Numbered from the stretch's first letter, positions 9,769-20,336 are shown. The stretch is DNA of 64,000 nt from Vicinamibacteria bacterium (GCA_963555995.3 OY821641.1:832001-896000); one strand, 5' to 3'. Notes: generated by a model not told the origin, from the sequence alone. Program-made: numbers and translations.

Positions 9769-9953
9769 TAACAGCCTGTGGTGAAACCCACGTGAGCGCC
9801 GAGACGGGCGAGGCGCCCGGCTGACAAGGCGCGTGAGGGAGGAATACCCGGTGTATTCCGACCGAAACGCAACGCAGAGCGCCTCGTAGAGGCGCGGTTC
9901 AGCGGGGATGCATCGCCCGTCGAACGCCGCGTGGGTTTTGCCACAGGCTGTTA
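9769..9953 (+). mobile_element. MITE copy 1 (181 bp; TIR ACAGCCTGTGG...CCACAGGCTGT; TA on both sides)
   Basis: terminal inverted repeats, flanking TA, closely similar copies elsewhere in the window; its right end supplies the TAA stop of ORF 9951-10259. Confidence 0.85.
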
Positions 9954-10259
9954 ACGGGCGGCGGCCTTGTCGAGGCGCCGCCCCAGGTGCTCCTCGATCG
10001 CCGAACAGGGGACGAACATCGGCTTCTCGTCCACTTCGATGTGGACGGCGCAGACCCCCGGGGTCTCGCTCGACACCTCGTAGGTCCCGGAGAAGGTCCC
10101 GAGCGGGGTCGGGAGCGAGAACTCTCCGAACCCGGGACCCTCGTCACCGCTGACCGTGCCCCCGAAGCGGGCGAAATCGGCCCGCAGCGCCTCGAGGAGA
10201 CTGGAGACCTCGGCCCGCAGGCTGAAGTCGAACTGGCAGGCGGACACCGCGCAGTCCAC
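9951..10259 (-). CDS. hypothetical protein (102 aa)
   Basis: directly adjacent to the M20 peptidase stop; normal globular composition (GEFSLPTPLGTFSGTY, KPMFVPCSAIE). Confidence 0.7.
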   Translation of the reverse strand: MDCAVSACQFDFSLRAEVSSLLEALRADFARFGGTVSGDEGPGFGEFSLPTPLGTFSGTYEVSSETPGVCAVHIEVDEKPMFVPCSAIEEHLGRRLDKAAAR

Positions 10260-11570
10260 CTAGTCCTCGGTTTCGAAGCCGGCTTCGGCCAGCACGAGCA
10301 GCAGCGCCTTCTGGATGCCCAGATGCCCGTCCCGGTTGGCCCACCACTCGTGGAGCGAGTGGGCGCCGAAGCCTTCTCCGCCGCTGCCGATCGTGGTGGC
10401 CGGGATTCCGAGCGAGATGGGGACGTTCGAGTCCGTGGAACCCATGCTGAGTTCCGGCTCGGCGCCCACGGCGCGGGTGGCGGCGAAGGCCCGCTGAATG
10501 AGGGGGGTGTCGGTGGCGACCATGCCGGAGGGCCGGTTACCGATCATCTCGATGTCCACCGTGAGTTCCTCACCGTCGCGCCGCAGCTCGTTCTGCTCGG
10601 CGAGCGCCTCGGTCATCGCGGCCTGGAAGATGGCGTCTATCTCGTCGAGCCGTCCGGGTTCCATGGACCGCATGTCCACCTCCATCCAGTTCTCGAACGG
10701 GATCGAGTTCACCGAGGTCCCGCCCCCGATACGGCCGATGTTGTAGGTGGTCTTGGCGCCCGCGGTGACGTACTCGCCGGCGCGGTCGTCGAAGAGCTTG
10801 ATGGCCCGGGCCATGGCGTGCGCGGGGTTCCCGAGGCCGAACGCGCCCCACGAATGCCCCCCGGGACCCAGGAAGCGCACCCGGTAGCGATGGGAACCGA
10901 TCGCGTGGTTCAGCACGCGCGTGTTGCTCGTGCCGTCGATCGCGATGAAGGCGTCGATCGTCGGTCCGCCGTCCCGGAACAGATGCTTCACGCCGCGGAG
11001 GTCGCCGATTCCCTCCTCGCCGACCGATCCGACGAACAGCACGTCGTCCCGCGTATCCAGACCGTGCCGGTCCATGAGCTTGACCATGGTGAGCATGGTC
11101 ACCAGGCCGCGGGTGTCGTCGGCGATGCCGGGGGCCATGAGCTTGTCGCCCTCCCGGCGGACCGTGACGTCGGTTCCCTCGGGAAACACGGTGTCGAGGT
11201 GGGCCACCACGGCCACCGTCCGGCCTCCGCCCCGGCCCTCCCGGCGCGCGACGACGTTGCCGATCTCATCCAGTTCCGCGTCGAGTCCCGCTTCCCGGAC
11301 GAGTCCGCGGTAGTGGGCGGCCCGTTTCTCTTCCTTGAAGGGCGGCGCCTCGATCTCCGTCAACTCGATGAGCAGGCGTTCGTTCTCCTCGTCCATCGCG
11401 AGGACGTCGTCGAGCGCGGCCGCGACCCGGGGGTCGGCCGTGATAACCGCCATCTCGGTCTCGTACTCGGGGAACACCTCGAGCTCCTGGGCCCCGACGC
11501 CGAGCGCCGGAAGGAGCAAAGCGACGGCCAGGACGGTTGGAAGTTGCGGTCGGAAACGCGAAAACGGCAT
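10260..11570 (-). CDS. M20/M25/M40-family metallopeptidase with signal peptide
   Basis: AHLDTVFP, PGIADD, VGEEGIGDL, GGHSWG, GGGTSVNSIP, STDSN, AHSLHE. Confidence 0.92.
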   Translation of the reverse strand: MPFSRFRPQLPTVLAVALLLPALGVGAQELEVFPEYETEMAVITADPRVAAALDDVLAMDEENERLLIELTEIEAPPFKEEKRAAHYRGLVREAGLDAELDEIGNVVARREGRGGGRTVAVVAHLDTVFPEGTDVTVRREGDKLMAPGIADDTRGLVTMLTMVKLMDRHGLDTRDDVLFVGSVGEEGIGDLRGVKHLFRDGGPTIDAFIAIDGTSNTRVLNHAIGSHRYRVRFLGPGGHSWGAFGLGNPAHAMARAIKLFDDRAGEYVTAGAKTTYNIGRIGGGTSVNSIPFENWMEVDMRSMEPGRLDEIDAIFQAAMTEALAEQNELRRDGEELTVDIEMIGNRPSGMVATDTPLIQRAFAATRAVGAEPELSMGSTDSNVPISLGIPATTIGSGGEGFGAHSLHEWWANRDGHLGIQKALLLVLAEAGFETED

Positions 11571-11675
11571 AACCGCCCAATGCTACCCGAGTCGCCGCCG
11601 CGTACAACCGCCGCCCTTTCGGAGCTCGGGACGTACGTGAAACCTCGGGTCCCCGGCGGTAGGCTCCCGGCGCCA

Positions 11676-13862
11676 ATGCCGATTCGCACCCCTCCGGCGC
11701 AGTGGCGACGCCGGGCATGCGCCACCGCCCGCCGCCGGGGGGCGGCGCTCCTCGCCGCCGCCGGCTTCCTTGTCGGTGGGTGGGCCGGGGACTTGGCCGC
11801 GCAGCCGGCGGAGCGCGTCGTCGTGCTGGGGTTCGACGGAGCGGATCCGGACGCCATCGCGGAGTTGATCGCCGAGGGAGACCTGCCGCACCTGGCGCGG
11901 CTCGCCCGCGAGGGGACCTTCGCTCCCCTGGCCACCACGAAGCCGTCGGAGTCCCCGGTCGCGTGGGCGACCTTCGCCACCGGCATGAACCCGGGACGTA
12001 CGCGGATCTTCGACTTCCTGGAGAAGCGCGAGGACAGCTACGTGCCGCAGATCGCCCTGGTGCGGCAGGCGACGACCGAACTTCCGGGGACGCCCCTCCG
12101 GGTGGGTCTCGTCCTGTTCCTCGCGCTCGGCGCCGGAATCGCCGCCGCCTGGCTCCTCCAGCGGGTTCGCACAAGCGCCCGGGTGCGCTGGGCGTCCGTG
12201 GCGGTGCTGACGGCGGTTGCCGGCGCGGCGGCCGCGCTGGTCGCGGCGTGGCTGCCCGCCGCCGTTCCGCAGGCGGTCCGGGCGCGGGAGGGAGACGCCT
12301 TCTGGAAGATCGCGGGCGGGGCGGGGGTGCCCACGGTCGCGCTCCAGGCGCCCATGGAGTTCCCGGTGGAGGAGTCGCCCGGCGCCCGGATCCTGGCGGG
12401 GTTCGGAGTTCCCGACGTCCGGAAGTCCTTCGGCCTCTGGTCGGTGTACACGACGGATCTCCTCGACGAGGAATCCACCGAGACCGGGGGCACCCGGTTC
12501 CCGCTCCGTTTCGACGAGGGAACGGCGCGGAGCGTGATCCGCGGGCCTCGCAACTTCACCGTGGCGGCCGCCGAGGCGGACCAGCCGGAGGTCGAGATAC
12601 CCGTCAGCTTCCGGAAGAACGGTGATGTCCTGGAGATCGAGACCGCGGGCGCCGTCCTGAGCCTCGCCGCCGGAGAGTGGTCCGCCTTCGTCCCGGTGCG
12701 TTTCCCGCTCAACCCGCTCATCCGGCTCTCCGGGCTCGTCCGTTTCCGGGTGTTGTCGCTCGAACCGAACGTCACGGTGTACCTGGAGCCGGTCAACTTC
12801 GATCCCGAGCGCCTGCCGCCGATCGTGGATCTCTCCCATCCGCGGGACTTCGCGGGCGAGCTGGCCCGGCGCGCCGGGCCTTACGAAACGATCGGCTGGA
12901 AGATCATCACGAATCCGCTCCGGGACGAGGCGGTGGACTTCGACGCCTTCCTCGAGGACGCCCGGTTCGCCCGCGAGTCGAACGAGCGCCTGCTGATGGC
13001 GTCGCTGGAGGAGGACTCGTGGCGTCTCCTCATGGCCGTCTTCCTGTTCCCCGACCGCATCCAGCACATGCTCTACCGGTTCGCCGATCCCGGGCACCCG
13101 AACCACGACCCGGAACTCGCGGAGCGCTACGGCGGTGGGATCGCCGACGCCTACCGGGACATGGACCGCATCGTCGGAGCGGCGGTGGCGTCCGCGCCGC
13201 CGGACACGCGCTTCGTGGTCGTTTCCGATCACGGCTTTCATTCCTTCCGCAAGCAGTTCAACGTGAACACCTGGCTCGCCGAGAACGGCTACCTGCGGGC
13301 GGTTGGGGATTCGGGGGAGCGCCGGCTCGAAGACCTGTTCGATCCGGAGGCCCTCTTCTTCCCGGGAGTGGACTGGAGCCGGACCAGCGCCTTCGCGCTG
13401 GGCCTTTCCGGGATCTACCTGAACCAGGAAGGACGCGAGCCGGAAGGCACGGTCGCTCCCGGCGCCGAGCGCGAGGAGCTCGTCCGCCGGCTGATCGCGG
13501 ACCTGAAGGCGTTCCGGGACCCGGAGACCGGAGACCCGGTCGTCCGGGTGGTGCACCGGCGCGAGGAGATCTACGAGGGCCCCTTCGTGGAGGAGGCTCC
13601 CGACCTCATCCTCGGTCTCGAACCCGGCTACCGGATCGGCTGGCAGAGCACCCTCGGCGGGATGCCGCCGTCCTCGATCACCCCGAACCTGGACAACTGG
13701 AGCGGCGACCACTGCTCGATGGAGGACACCGCCGGGGTGCTGCTCTCGAACCTGGTCCTCCGGGAGCCCGCGTCGCTCCGGGATGTCGCGCCGACGGTCC
13801 TCGACCTGCTCGGGGTCAGCCCGCCGGAGGCGATGGACGGCGCTTCGCTGCTGCCCCGCTGA
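11676..13862 (+). CDS. alkaline-phosphatase-superfamily nucleotide pyrophosphatase/phosphodiesterase, membrane-anchored
   Basis: VVLGFDG, SPVAW..TGMNPG..IFDF, DRIQH, VVSDHGF, WSGDH; signal-like N-terminus; start inferred inside ORF 9987-13862. Confidence 0.85.
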   Translation: MPIRTPPAQWRRRACATARRRGAALLAAAGFLVGGWAGDLAAQPAERVVVLGFDGADPDAIAELIAEGDLPHLARLAREGTFAPLATTKPSESPVAWATFATGMNPGRTRIFDFLEKREDSYVPQIALVRQATTELPGTPLRVGLVLFLALGAGIAAAWLLQRVRTSARVRWASVAVLTAVAGAAAALVAAWLPAAVPQAVRAREGDAFWKIAGGAGVPTVALQAPMEFPVEESPGARILAGFGVPDVRKSFGLWSVYTTDLLDEESTETGGTRFPLRFDEGTARSVIRGPRNFTVAAAEADQPEVEIPVSFRKNGDVLEIETAGAVLSLAAGEWSAFVPVRFPLNPLIRLSGLVRFRVLSLEPNVTVYLEPVNFDPERLPPIVDLSHPRDFAGELARRAGPYETIGWKIITNPLRDEAVDFDAFLEDARFARESNERLLMASLEEDSWRLLMAVFLFPDRIQHMLYRFADPGHPNHDPELAERYGGGIADAYRDMDRIVGAAVASAPPDTRFVVVSDHGFHSFRKQFNVNTWLAENGYLRAVGDSGERRLEDLFDPEALFFPGVDWSRTSAFALGLSGIYLNQEGREPEGTVAPGAEREELVRRLIADLKAFRDPETGDPVVRVVHRREEIYEGPFVEEAPDLILGLEPGYRIGWQSTLGGMPPSSITPNLDNWSGDHCSMEDTAGVLLSNLVLREPASLRDVAPTVLDLLGVSPPEAMDGASLLPR

Positions 13863-13892
13863 GCGCGGCGGCGGGGCTGGGTCGGGGACGCC

Positions 13893-15662
13893 TCAGCCGG
13901 TGCGGTTCCGGAAGATCCAGACGCCCGCCGCCACGAAGATGCCGGCGGCGACCAGGGAGCCGGCGTTGACCGGCCCCAGCGTCCCGGACCACAGGATCGC
14001 GTAGCCGAGCGCTCCGGGGAGCAGGGCGTAGTAGCAGAACGGCGCCAGCGTGCGCCGGATCACGGCGCCCTCCCGGCCGACCAGCCCGACCACCGCCGAG
14101 GCGGCCACCACGTTGTGGACGCAGATCATGTTCCCCGCCGCTCCGCCGACGGCCTGGAGCGCGACCACCCACCCCGGATCCACCGCGAGCCGCTCGCCGA
14201 CCCCGAACTGGAAGAGCGAGAACATCATGTTGCTCACGGTGTTGCTGCCGGCGACGAAGGCGCCGAGACCCCCGATGAAGGGCGCGAAGAACGGCCAGGC
14301 CGACCCCGCGATCTGGGCGGCGCCCTCGGCGAGCGCGATCGGCATGGAGGCGAGTCCCGCGGCCCCGCCGCCGGTGTTCAGGAACACCTGCACCATGGGC
14401 ACGGTGAAGACCAGCGCGACCGAGGCGAGGCCGGTGCTCCGGAGCGAAGCGGTGACCGCCCGGGTCGCCTGGGCGCGGTCCATCCGGTGCGCCACCACCG
14501 CGAACAGGGAGGCCGCGATGAAGACGGTCCCGGGAAGGAAGAGCGGGGCGGCGCTGGCGCTGATGCCGCTCCCGAGGATGTCCGGCCAGCGCACGACCAG
14601 ACCGGACAGGAAGTCCCGGAGGGGCAGGGAGGGAAGACGGGTCAGCACCAGCAGCCCGGCGACCACGGCGTAGGGAGCCCACGCGGACACGGGGCTGATC
14701 GCCCGGCCCGCCGCGGGCTCGGTCGCGGACTCCGACCTGTCCCCGGTCCAGTCCGCTTCCCAGGCCGAGCGCGCCGGGAACTCGAAGTGCTCCTCCGGAG
14801 GCGGGACGAAGAGGCCCTTCCGGGCGGCGGTGACCACGATCCCGAGGCCGACCAGGCCGCCGAGGAGCGCCGGGAACTCGGGCCCGAGCAGCCAGGCGGT
14901 GAGCATGTAGGGCGCCGTCATCGCCAGCGCGGCGAACAGCGCGAACTTCCAGACCGCGAGACCCTCGCGGAAGCTCCGGTTGGCGCCGAAGAAGCGGGTC
15001 ATGGTGGCCACCACGATGAGCGGGACCAGCGTCCCCGCGACGGTGTGGAGCACCGCGACCCGGAGGCCGATGAAGGCCATGAAGTCGGTCCACTCGGCAA
15101 GGCCGAGGCTGGCCGCGTAGGCGGCCACCGCCTCCGATCCCGAAAGCCCGGTGGAGACCCCGACCAGGATCGGGGTTCCGGCGGCGCCGAAAGAGACCGG
15201 CGTGCTCTGGATCAGCATGCCCGCGACCACCGCGGCGAGCGGCGGGAACCCGAGTCCCACCAGGAGCGGCACCGCGACCGCCGCCGGAGTGCCGAAACCG
15301 GCCGAGCCCTCGATGAACGCCCCGAAGAGCCAGGCGATCACGAGGACCTGAATGCGCCGGTCCGGGGTGATCCCCACGAAACCGCGGCGGATCACCGCGA
15401 GGGCGCCGCTCTCCTGCAGGGTGTGCAGGAGGAGGATGGCGCCGAAGATGATGTACAGGAGGGTCGCCGCCACCACGAGGCCGTTGAGGGATGCCGCGGC
15501 GATCCGCACGCCCGAGATGTCCCACACCAGCCACGCGAGGCCGGCGGCGGCGAACCAGCTCAGCGGCATCGCCCGCGACGCGGGCCAGCGCAGCACCACG
15601 AGGAAGAGCGCCACCACGCCGATCGGGACGAGCGCCACCGCGGCGAGACCGAGAGTTCCCAT
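13893..15662 (-). CDS. lctP: L-lactate permease (LctP family)
   Basis: [47 protein letters not shown]. Confidence 0.92.
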   Translation of the reverse strand: MGTLGLAAVALVPIGVVALFLVVLRWPASRAMPLSWFAAAGLAWLVWDISGVRIAAASLNGLVVAATLLYIIFGAILLLHTLQESGALAVIRRGFVGITPDRRIQVLVIAWLFGAFIEGSAGFGTPAAVAVPLLVGLGFPPLAAVVAGMLIQSTPVSFGAAGTPILVGVSTGLSGSEAVAAYAASLGLAEWTDFMAFIGLRVAVLHTVAGTLVPLIVVATMTRFFGANRSFREGLAVWKFALFAALAMTAPYMLTAWLLGPEFPALLGGLVGLGIVVTAARKGLFVPPPEEHFEFPARSAWEADWTGDRSESATEPAAGRAISPVSAWAPYAVVAGLLVLTRLPSLPLRDFLSGLVVRWPDILGSGISASAAPLFLPGTVFIAASLFAVVAHRMDRAQATRAVTASLRSTGLASVALVFTVPMVQVFLNTGGGAAGLASMPIALAEGAAQIAGSAWPFFAPFIGGLGAFVAGSNTVSNMMFSLFQFGVGERLAVDPGWVVALQAVGGAAGNMICVHNVVAASAVVGLVGREGAVIRRTLAPFCYYALLPGALGYAILWSGTLGPVNAGSLVAAGIFVAAGVWIFRNRTG

Positions 15663-15668
15663 GACCGT

Positions 15669-15853
15669 TAACAGCCTGTGGATAAAGTGACGTGAGCACC
15701 GAGAACGCCGAGGCGCCCGGCTGACAAGGCGCGTGAGGGAGGAATACCGAGTGTATTCCGACCGAAACGCAACGCAGAGCGCCTCGTAGAGGCGCGGTTC
15801 AGGCGGGATGCATCGGCGTTCGAATGCCGCGTGACTTTGTCCACAGGCTGTTA
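15669..15853 (+). mobile_element. MITE copy 2
   Basis: same TIRs and TA flanks; sits 6 bp upstream of the lctP ATG in the divergent lctP/mtaB gap. Confidence 0.85.
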
Positions 15854-15928
15854 ACCCTACCGGCTTCCCGGCTCTCCGGCGCTGCCTCCCAAGGGCTGAC
15901 CGGGAGGGCTGCTGTTACCCTGCCGCCC

Positions 15929-17233
15929 GTGCCACGGGCTTCGTTTACTTCGCTGGGCTGTCGTCTCAACCACACGGAGGCGGCGAACTGGGCAGGACAG
16001 TTCGCGGGCAAAGGCTACACGATCGTTCCCTGGGGGGAACCGACCGATCTCGTGGTGATCAACACCTGCTCCGTGACCCACCGGGCGGAGGCGCACTGCC
16101 GCAACACCGTGCGCCGGGCGCTGCGCGGGTCGCCGGAGGCCTTCGTGGTGGTGGCGGGCTGTTACGCCCAGTCCGGCCTCGACGCGCTGCGCGAGATCCC
16201 GGGAGTGGACATGATCGTCGGGACGGAGTTCAAGGAGAGCTTCCCCGACTACCTGGATCGGCCGCGGAAACTCCCGGAGCCGGTCGTGCTGCACTCCGCC
16301 CGGATTTCGCGGCACGAGTTCGAGGTGCCGTCCACCGGGCGCTACGACTCGACCCGCGCCAACCTGAAGGTGCAGGACGGGTGCGACTTCTTCTGCTCGT
16401 TCTGCATCATCCCCTACACGCGCGGACGGGAGCGCAGCCGGCGCTTCGACGACCTGGTCCGCGAGGCGGGGGAGCTGGCCGAGGCCGGTTACCGGGAACT
16501 GGTGCTCACCGGGGTCAACATCGGGCGCTACCGGAGCGGGGGGCGGACCCTCGCGGACGTTGCGGACCGGCTGGAGGAGGTTCCCGGCGTGCGGAGGATC
16601 CGGATCACCTCGATCGAGCCGACCACCGTCGAGGACCGCCTGCTCGAGCGCATGGCCGAGCGCGGAGCGCTCTGCCGCTATCTCCACCTTCCCGTGCAGA
16701 GCGGCGACGACGGCGTGCTGGCCGGAATGGGCCGTCGCTACACCTTCCGGGACTATCGCGAGTTTGCGGAGCGGGCGGTCGAGACGGTGCCCGGACTCGG
16801 TCTCGGGACCGACGTGATCGTCGGATTCCCCGGCGAGACGGACGAAGCCTTCCGGCGCACCTGCGACCGCCTCGAAGAGGCGCCGTTCGCCTACTACCAC
16901 GTGTTCAGCTACTCGTCGCGCGCCGGGACCCGGGCCGCGGGTCTCTCCGGACACCTTCCCCCCGAGGTGATCGCGGAGCGGAGCCGCACGCTGCGGGAAC
17001 TCTCCGACCGGCGGCGGGACGCGTTCGCCCGCCGCCACGTCGGCCAGCGGGAGGAAGTCCTGTTTGAACAGCAGGACCGTTCGGGCCGCTGGACGGGACT
17101 GACCGATTCCTACCTGCGGGTCGGAGTGGTCTCGGCGGAGCCCCTCGAGAACTGCATCCGGGAGGTTCAGGTCACCCGGGTCGCGAGCGACGTGCCGGGC
17201 CTGGCGGTGGGGACGCTCGTTCCCTCGGACTGA
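15929..17233 (+). CDS. mtaB: tRNA t6A37 methylthiotransferase (radical SAM)
   Basis: SLGCRLN, INTCSVT, VAGCY, KVQDGCDFFCSFCIIP, LVLTGVNIG; GTG 15929 preferred because the longer ORF runs into the MITE. Confidence 0.9.
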   Translation: MPRASFTSLGCRLNHTEAANWAGQFAGKGYTIVPWGEPTDLVVINTCSVTHRAEAHCRNTVRRALRGSPEAFVVVAGCYAQSGLDALREIPGVDMIVGTEFKESFPDYLDRPRKLPEPVVLHSARISRHEFEVPSTGRYDSTRANLKVQDGCDFFCSFCIIPYTRGRERSRRFDDLVREAGELAEAGYRELVLTGVNIGRYRSGGRTLADVADRLEEVPGVRRIRITSIEPTTVEDRLLERMAERGALCRYLHLPVQSGDDGVLAGMGRRYTFRDYREFAERAVETVPGLGLGTDVIVGFPGETDEAFRRTCDRLEEAPFAYYHVFSYSSRAGTRAAGLSGHLPPEVIAERSRTLRELSDRRRDAFARRHVGQREEVLFEQQDRSGRWTGLTDSYLRVGVVSAEPLENCIREVQVTRVASDVPGLAVGTLVPSD

Positions 17234-17281
17234 GCGGTCGTTGCCGGCCGTACACGCCGTGAGGGCGGGTGGGGTTGCGCC

Positions 17282-17330
17282 GTGCGCATCGCGGAGCGAC
17301 GCGCGTGCCGGTCTGGAGACCGGCGTTCCA
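17282..17330. repeat. REP-like palindrome between convergent mtaB and nrdJ
   Basis: GCCGGTCTGGAGACCGGCGTTCCA at 17307-17330. Confidence 0.8.
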
Positions 17331-17338
17331 AGCCGTTC

Positions 17339-20077
17339 CTAGGAGCAGCCGGAGGTGGCGCCGCAGTTGAGGCACTTGAAGCAGGTGCCGCTTCGCACCA
17401 TGAGCGCGCCGCACGTCGAACAGGGAGGCGCGTCCGCGAAGACGGCCGCCGACTCGAGGACGGTCCCGCGGCGGCGGGTGCGCTTCTTCTCCGGAGGAGC
17501 CGCGGCGGGCTGGGACGGCTCGCCGTCCTCGGCGTCCAACTCGTCGGCGTCCGTCAGGAAGCGGTGTCCCAGCCAGCGGAAGATGTAGTCGGTGATCGAG
17601 TCCGCGTGGGGAATGTCCGGGTTGCCGGTGTAGCCCGAGGGCTCGAAGCGCGTGTGCGAGAACTTGTCCACCAGGACCTTGAGCGGAACCCCGTACTGGA
17701 GGTTGTAGGAAACCGCCCGCGCGAAGGCGTCCATCAGTCCGGACACGAAAGAGCCTTCCTTGGCCATCCGCAGGAAGATCTCGCAGGGAGAGCCGTCCTC
17801 GCGCAGTCCGACGGTGAGGTATCCCTTGTGTCCGCCGATGTCGAACTTGTGGATGATGGCGTCGCGCTCCGGCGGCAGGTGCTCCTTCTCGGCGGAGAGG
17901 GCGGCGTCCGCCGTTTCGGTGGCCGACTCGCCCCGGTTCAGCGGCTGCGACCGCTTGCTGCCGTCCCGGTAGATGGCCACCGCCTTGAGGCCGAGCTTCC
18001 AGGATGCGAGGTAGGTCTCCTCGATGTCCTCGACGGTGCTCTCCTCCGGCATGTTGACCGTCTTCGAGATGGCGCCCGAAAGGAAGGGCTGGACTGCGTG
18101 CATCATCTTGACGTGGCCCATGTAGTGGATGGAACGCTTCCCGCCGAAGGGCTCGAGCGCGCAGTCGAAGACGGGGAGATGTTCCTCTTCGAGGTCGGGG
18201 GCCCCCTCGACGTGGCCGTGCTCGTCCACGTAGTCCCAGATCCGCTGGAGGGCTTCGCCCTCGTAGCCAAGCCGCTCCAGCGCCGAGCGCACCGTCTGGT
18301 TGACGATGCGGATGATCCCGCCGCCGCTGAGCTTCTTGTGCTTGATGAGCGACAGATCGGGCTCCACGCCGGTCGTGTCGCAATCCATCATGAGGCCGAT
18401 GGTGCCCGTCGGCGCCAGCACCGAGGCCTGGCCGTTCCGGTAGCCGTGTTCCTCACCGAGCACGATGGCCTCGTCCCAGACCTGCCGCGCCCGGGACAGG
18501 ACCTCATGCGGGACACCCTCGGCATCGATTGCGGTTGCCGCATCCCGATGCATGCGCATCACCTCGAGGAACGGCTGCTCGTTCTCCGGGTAACCCCGGA
18601 ACGGTCCGGTGACCCCGGCGATCCGCGCCGACTGGTGGTATGCCCGGCCCGTCATCAGCGAAGTCAGGGCGGCCGCGATCGAGCGGCCGACGTCGCTGTC
18701 GTAAGGGACGCCGCGATGCATCAGGAGCGCCCCGAGGTTCGCGTAGCCGAGGCCGAGGGGCCGGTACTCGTGCGAGTTCGCTTCGATGCGCGGCGTCGGA
18801 TAGCTGGCGTTCCCGACGATGATCTCCATGCCGGTCAGCACCACATCCACCGCGTGCTCGAAGCCGTCGGTGTCGAAGACGCCCCCCTCGTCCACGAACT
18901 TCATGAGGTTCAGGGACGCGAGGTTACAGGCGCTGTCGTCGAGGTACATGTACTCGGAACACGGATTCGAGGCGTTGATCCGCCCGCTGTTCTTCGAGGT
19001 GTGCCAGCGGTTCACGGTGTCGTCGAACTGCATCCCCGGATCGCCGCATTGGTGCGCCGATTCGGCGATCTGCCGGAACAGGTCCCGGGCCCGCATGGTG
19101 TCCATGGGTTCGCCGCTGGTGATCGCGCGGGTGGACCAGTCCTCGTCGTTTTCGACCGCCCGCATGAAGGCGTCGCTGACGCGAACGCTGTGGTTCGCGT
19201 TCTGGTACTGGATGGATGCGTACGCCTCACCGTTCAGGGAGCCGTCATAGCCCGCTTCGATCAGGGCGTGGGCTTTTTGTTCCTCGCGGGACTTGCAGTC
19301 GACGAAGTCGAGGACGTCCGGATGATCCACGTTGAGAATCACCATCTTGGCGGCTCGCCGGGTCTTGCCTCCACTCCGGATGACGCCGGCGAAGGAGTCG
19401 TACCCCTTCATGAAGGAAACCGGTCCGGAGGCCCTGCCGCCGCTGGACAACTGCTCCCGGGAACTCCGGATCGTGGAGAGGTTGGTGCCGGTGCCGGATC
19501 CCCACTTGAAGAGCATGCCCTCGGTCTTGGCGAGGGTCAGGATGGAATCCATGGTGTCTTCGACCGAGTTGATGAAGCACGCCGAGCACTGCGGATGCTC
19601 CTCGACGCCGCAGTTGAACCAGACCGGCGAGTTGAACGCGGCGAACTGGTTCAGCAACAGGAAGGTGAGCTCGTCGCGGAACGTGTCCGCGGCCTCCCGG
19701 TCTGCGAAGTAGCTGTCCTTCACCCCCCAGGCCGCAATCTGGTCGGCCACCCGTCCGACCAGTTGCCGGACGCTCGATTCGCGCTCTCCCCTTTCGAGCG
19801 ACCCGTGGAAGTACTTCGACGCCACGATCGTGGTCGCCATCATGGACCACGACTTCGGGAACTCCACGCCGTGCTGCGCAAAGATCGTCTCCCCGTGTTC
19901 GTCGGTGATGACGGCGTCGCGCTTCTCCCACTCCACCTGGTCGTAGGGTGAGACACCGCGTTCGGTGAACCGGCGCCGGAATTCGAGTCCGCCGGCGCGA
20001 CCGTTCTTTCGCTCCCTGCGGGTCTTCTCGTTTTCGGAACGGGGCCCGACGGTGGTGGGCTCTACGGCAACATGCAT
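17339..20077 (-). CDS. nrdJ: class II (adenosylcobalamin-dependent) ribonucleotide reductase
   Basis: FNSPVWFN, PQCSACFI, GGKTRRAAKM, ASNPCSEY, APTGTI, C-terminal CxxC..CxxC ending GCS; start ATG 20077. Confidence 0.96.
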   Translation of the reverse strand: MHVAVEPTTVGPRSENEKTRRERKNGRAGGLEFRRRFTERGVSPYDQVEWEKRDAVITDEHGETIFAQHGVEFPKSWSMMATTIVASKYFHGSLERGERESSVRQLVGRVADQIAAWGVKDSYFADREAADTFRDELTFLLLNQFAAFNSPVWFNCGVEEHPQCSACFINSVEDTMDSILTLAKTEGMLFKWGSGTGTNLSTIRSSREQLSSGGRASGPVSFMKGYDSFAGVIRSGGKTRRAAKMVILNVDHPDVLDFVDCKSREEQKAHALIEAGYDGSLNGEAYASIQYQNANHSVRVSDAFMRAVENDEDWSTRAITSGEPMDTMRARDLFRQIAESAHQCGDPGMQFDDTVNRWHTSKNSGRINASNPCSEYMYLDDSACNLASLNLMKFVDEGGVFDTDGFEHAVDVVLTGMEIIVGNASYPTPRIEANSHEYRPLGLGYANLGALLMHRGVPYDSDVGRSIAAALTSLMTGRAYHQSARIAGVTGPFRGYPENEQPFLEVMRMHRDAATAIDAEGVPHEVLSRARQVWDEAIVLGEEHGYRNGQASVLAPTGTIGLMMDCDTTGVEPDLSLIKHKKLSGGGIIRIVNQTVRSALERLGYEGEALQRIWDYVDEHGHVEGAPDLEEEHLPVFDCALEPFGGKRSIHYMGHVKMMHAVQPFLSGAISKTVNMPEESTVEDIEETYLASWKLGLKAVAIYRDGSKRSQPLNRGESATETADAALSAEKEHLPPERDAIIHKFDIGGHKGYLTVGLREDGSPCEIFLRMAKEGSFVSGLMDAFARAVSYNLQYGVPLKVLVDKFSHTRFEPSGYTGNPDIPHADSITDYIFRWLGHRFLTDADELDAEDGEPSQPAAAPPEKKRTRRRGTVLESAAVFADAPPCSTCGALMVRSGTCFKCLNCGATSGCS

Positions 20078-20187
20078 TGGGAAAATCCTTGAAGGTGGGA
20101 CAGGGGCGAGCGTCGAGGAGCGACGACCGCCCCTCTCCGGGCCACGCCGTACACCTTGACACCCGCGTCTAGTGTCAAGCCAATCAC

Positions 20188-20237
20188 ACCACAAGATGTA
20201 GCGGTCGTCAACCACCGGACCCCCAACCCCTAGTGGT
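20188..20237. promoter_or_regulatory. tandem NrdR boxes upstream of nrdJ
   Basis: ACCACAAGATGTAGCGGT (20188-20205) and CCCCCAACCCCTAGTGGT (20220-20237), 32 bp apart; resemble the acaCwAtATaTwGtg consensus. Confidence 0.75.
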
Positions 20238-20286
20238 CCACCCTCATCGCGCGCGGGGCCGGATCCTGCCCCGCTCCCATGAGGAA

Positions 20287-20313
20287 ACCCCCGGCGGCCT
20301 GGCCGCCGGGGGT
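20287..20313 (-). terminator. GC-rich hairpin, probable terminator between the FecR/DUF6600 gene and nrdJ
   Basis: perfect inverted repeat ACCCCCGGCGGCC-T-GGCCGCCGGGGGT; only a short T run follows on the minus strand. Confidence 0.5.
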
Positions 20314-20336
20314 CCGCCGTGACGGCCGGAGCGCCT

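Noticed and set aside
9987-11675. N-terminal ~560 aa of ORF 9987-13862 as a large fusion
   Set aside because: It lies antisense to the M20 peptidase; the real phosphodiesterase starts near 11676
15799-15928. Small ORFs or N-terminal extensions running through MITEs (also 20244-20615, 29541-30074, 35552-35812, 43285-43618)
   Set aside because: They are translations of the repeat (recurring MHRPSNAA / SEYTRYSS peptides); far too short for a transposase and lack DDE or HUH motifs
20078-20336. Cobalamin riboswitch upstream of nrdJ
   Set aside because: No B12-box consensus seen; the region is explained by NrdR boxes and a hairpin
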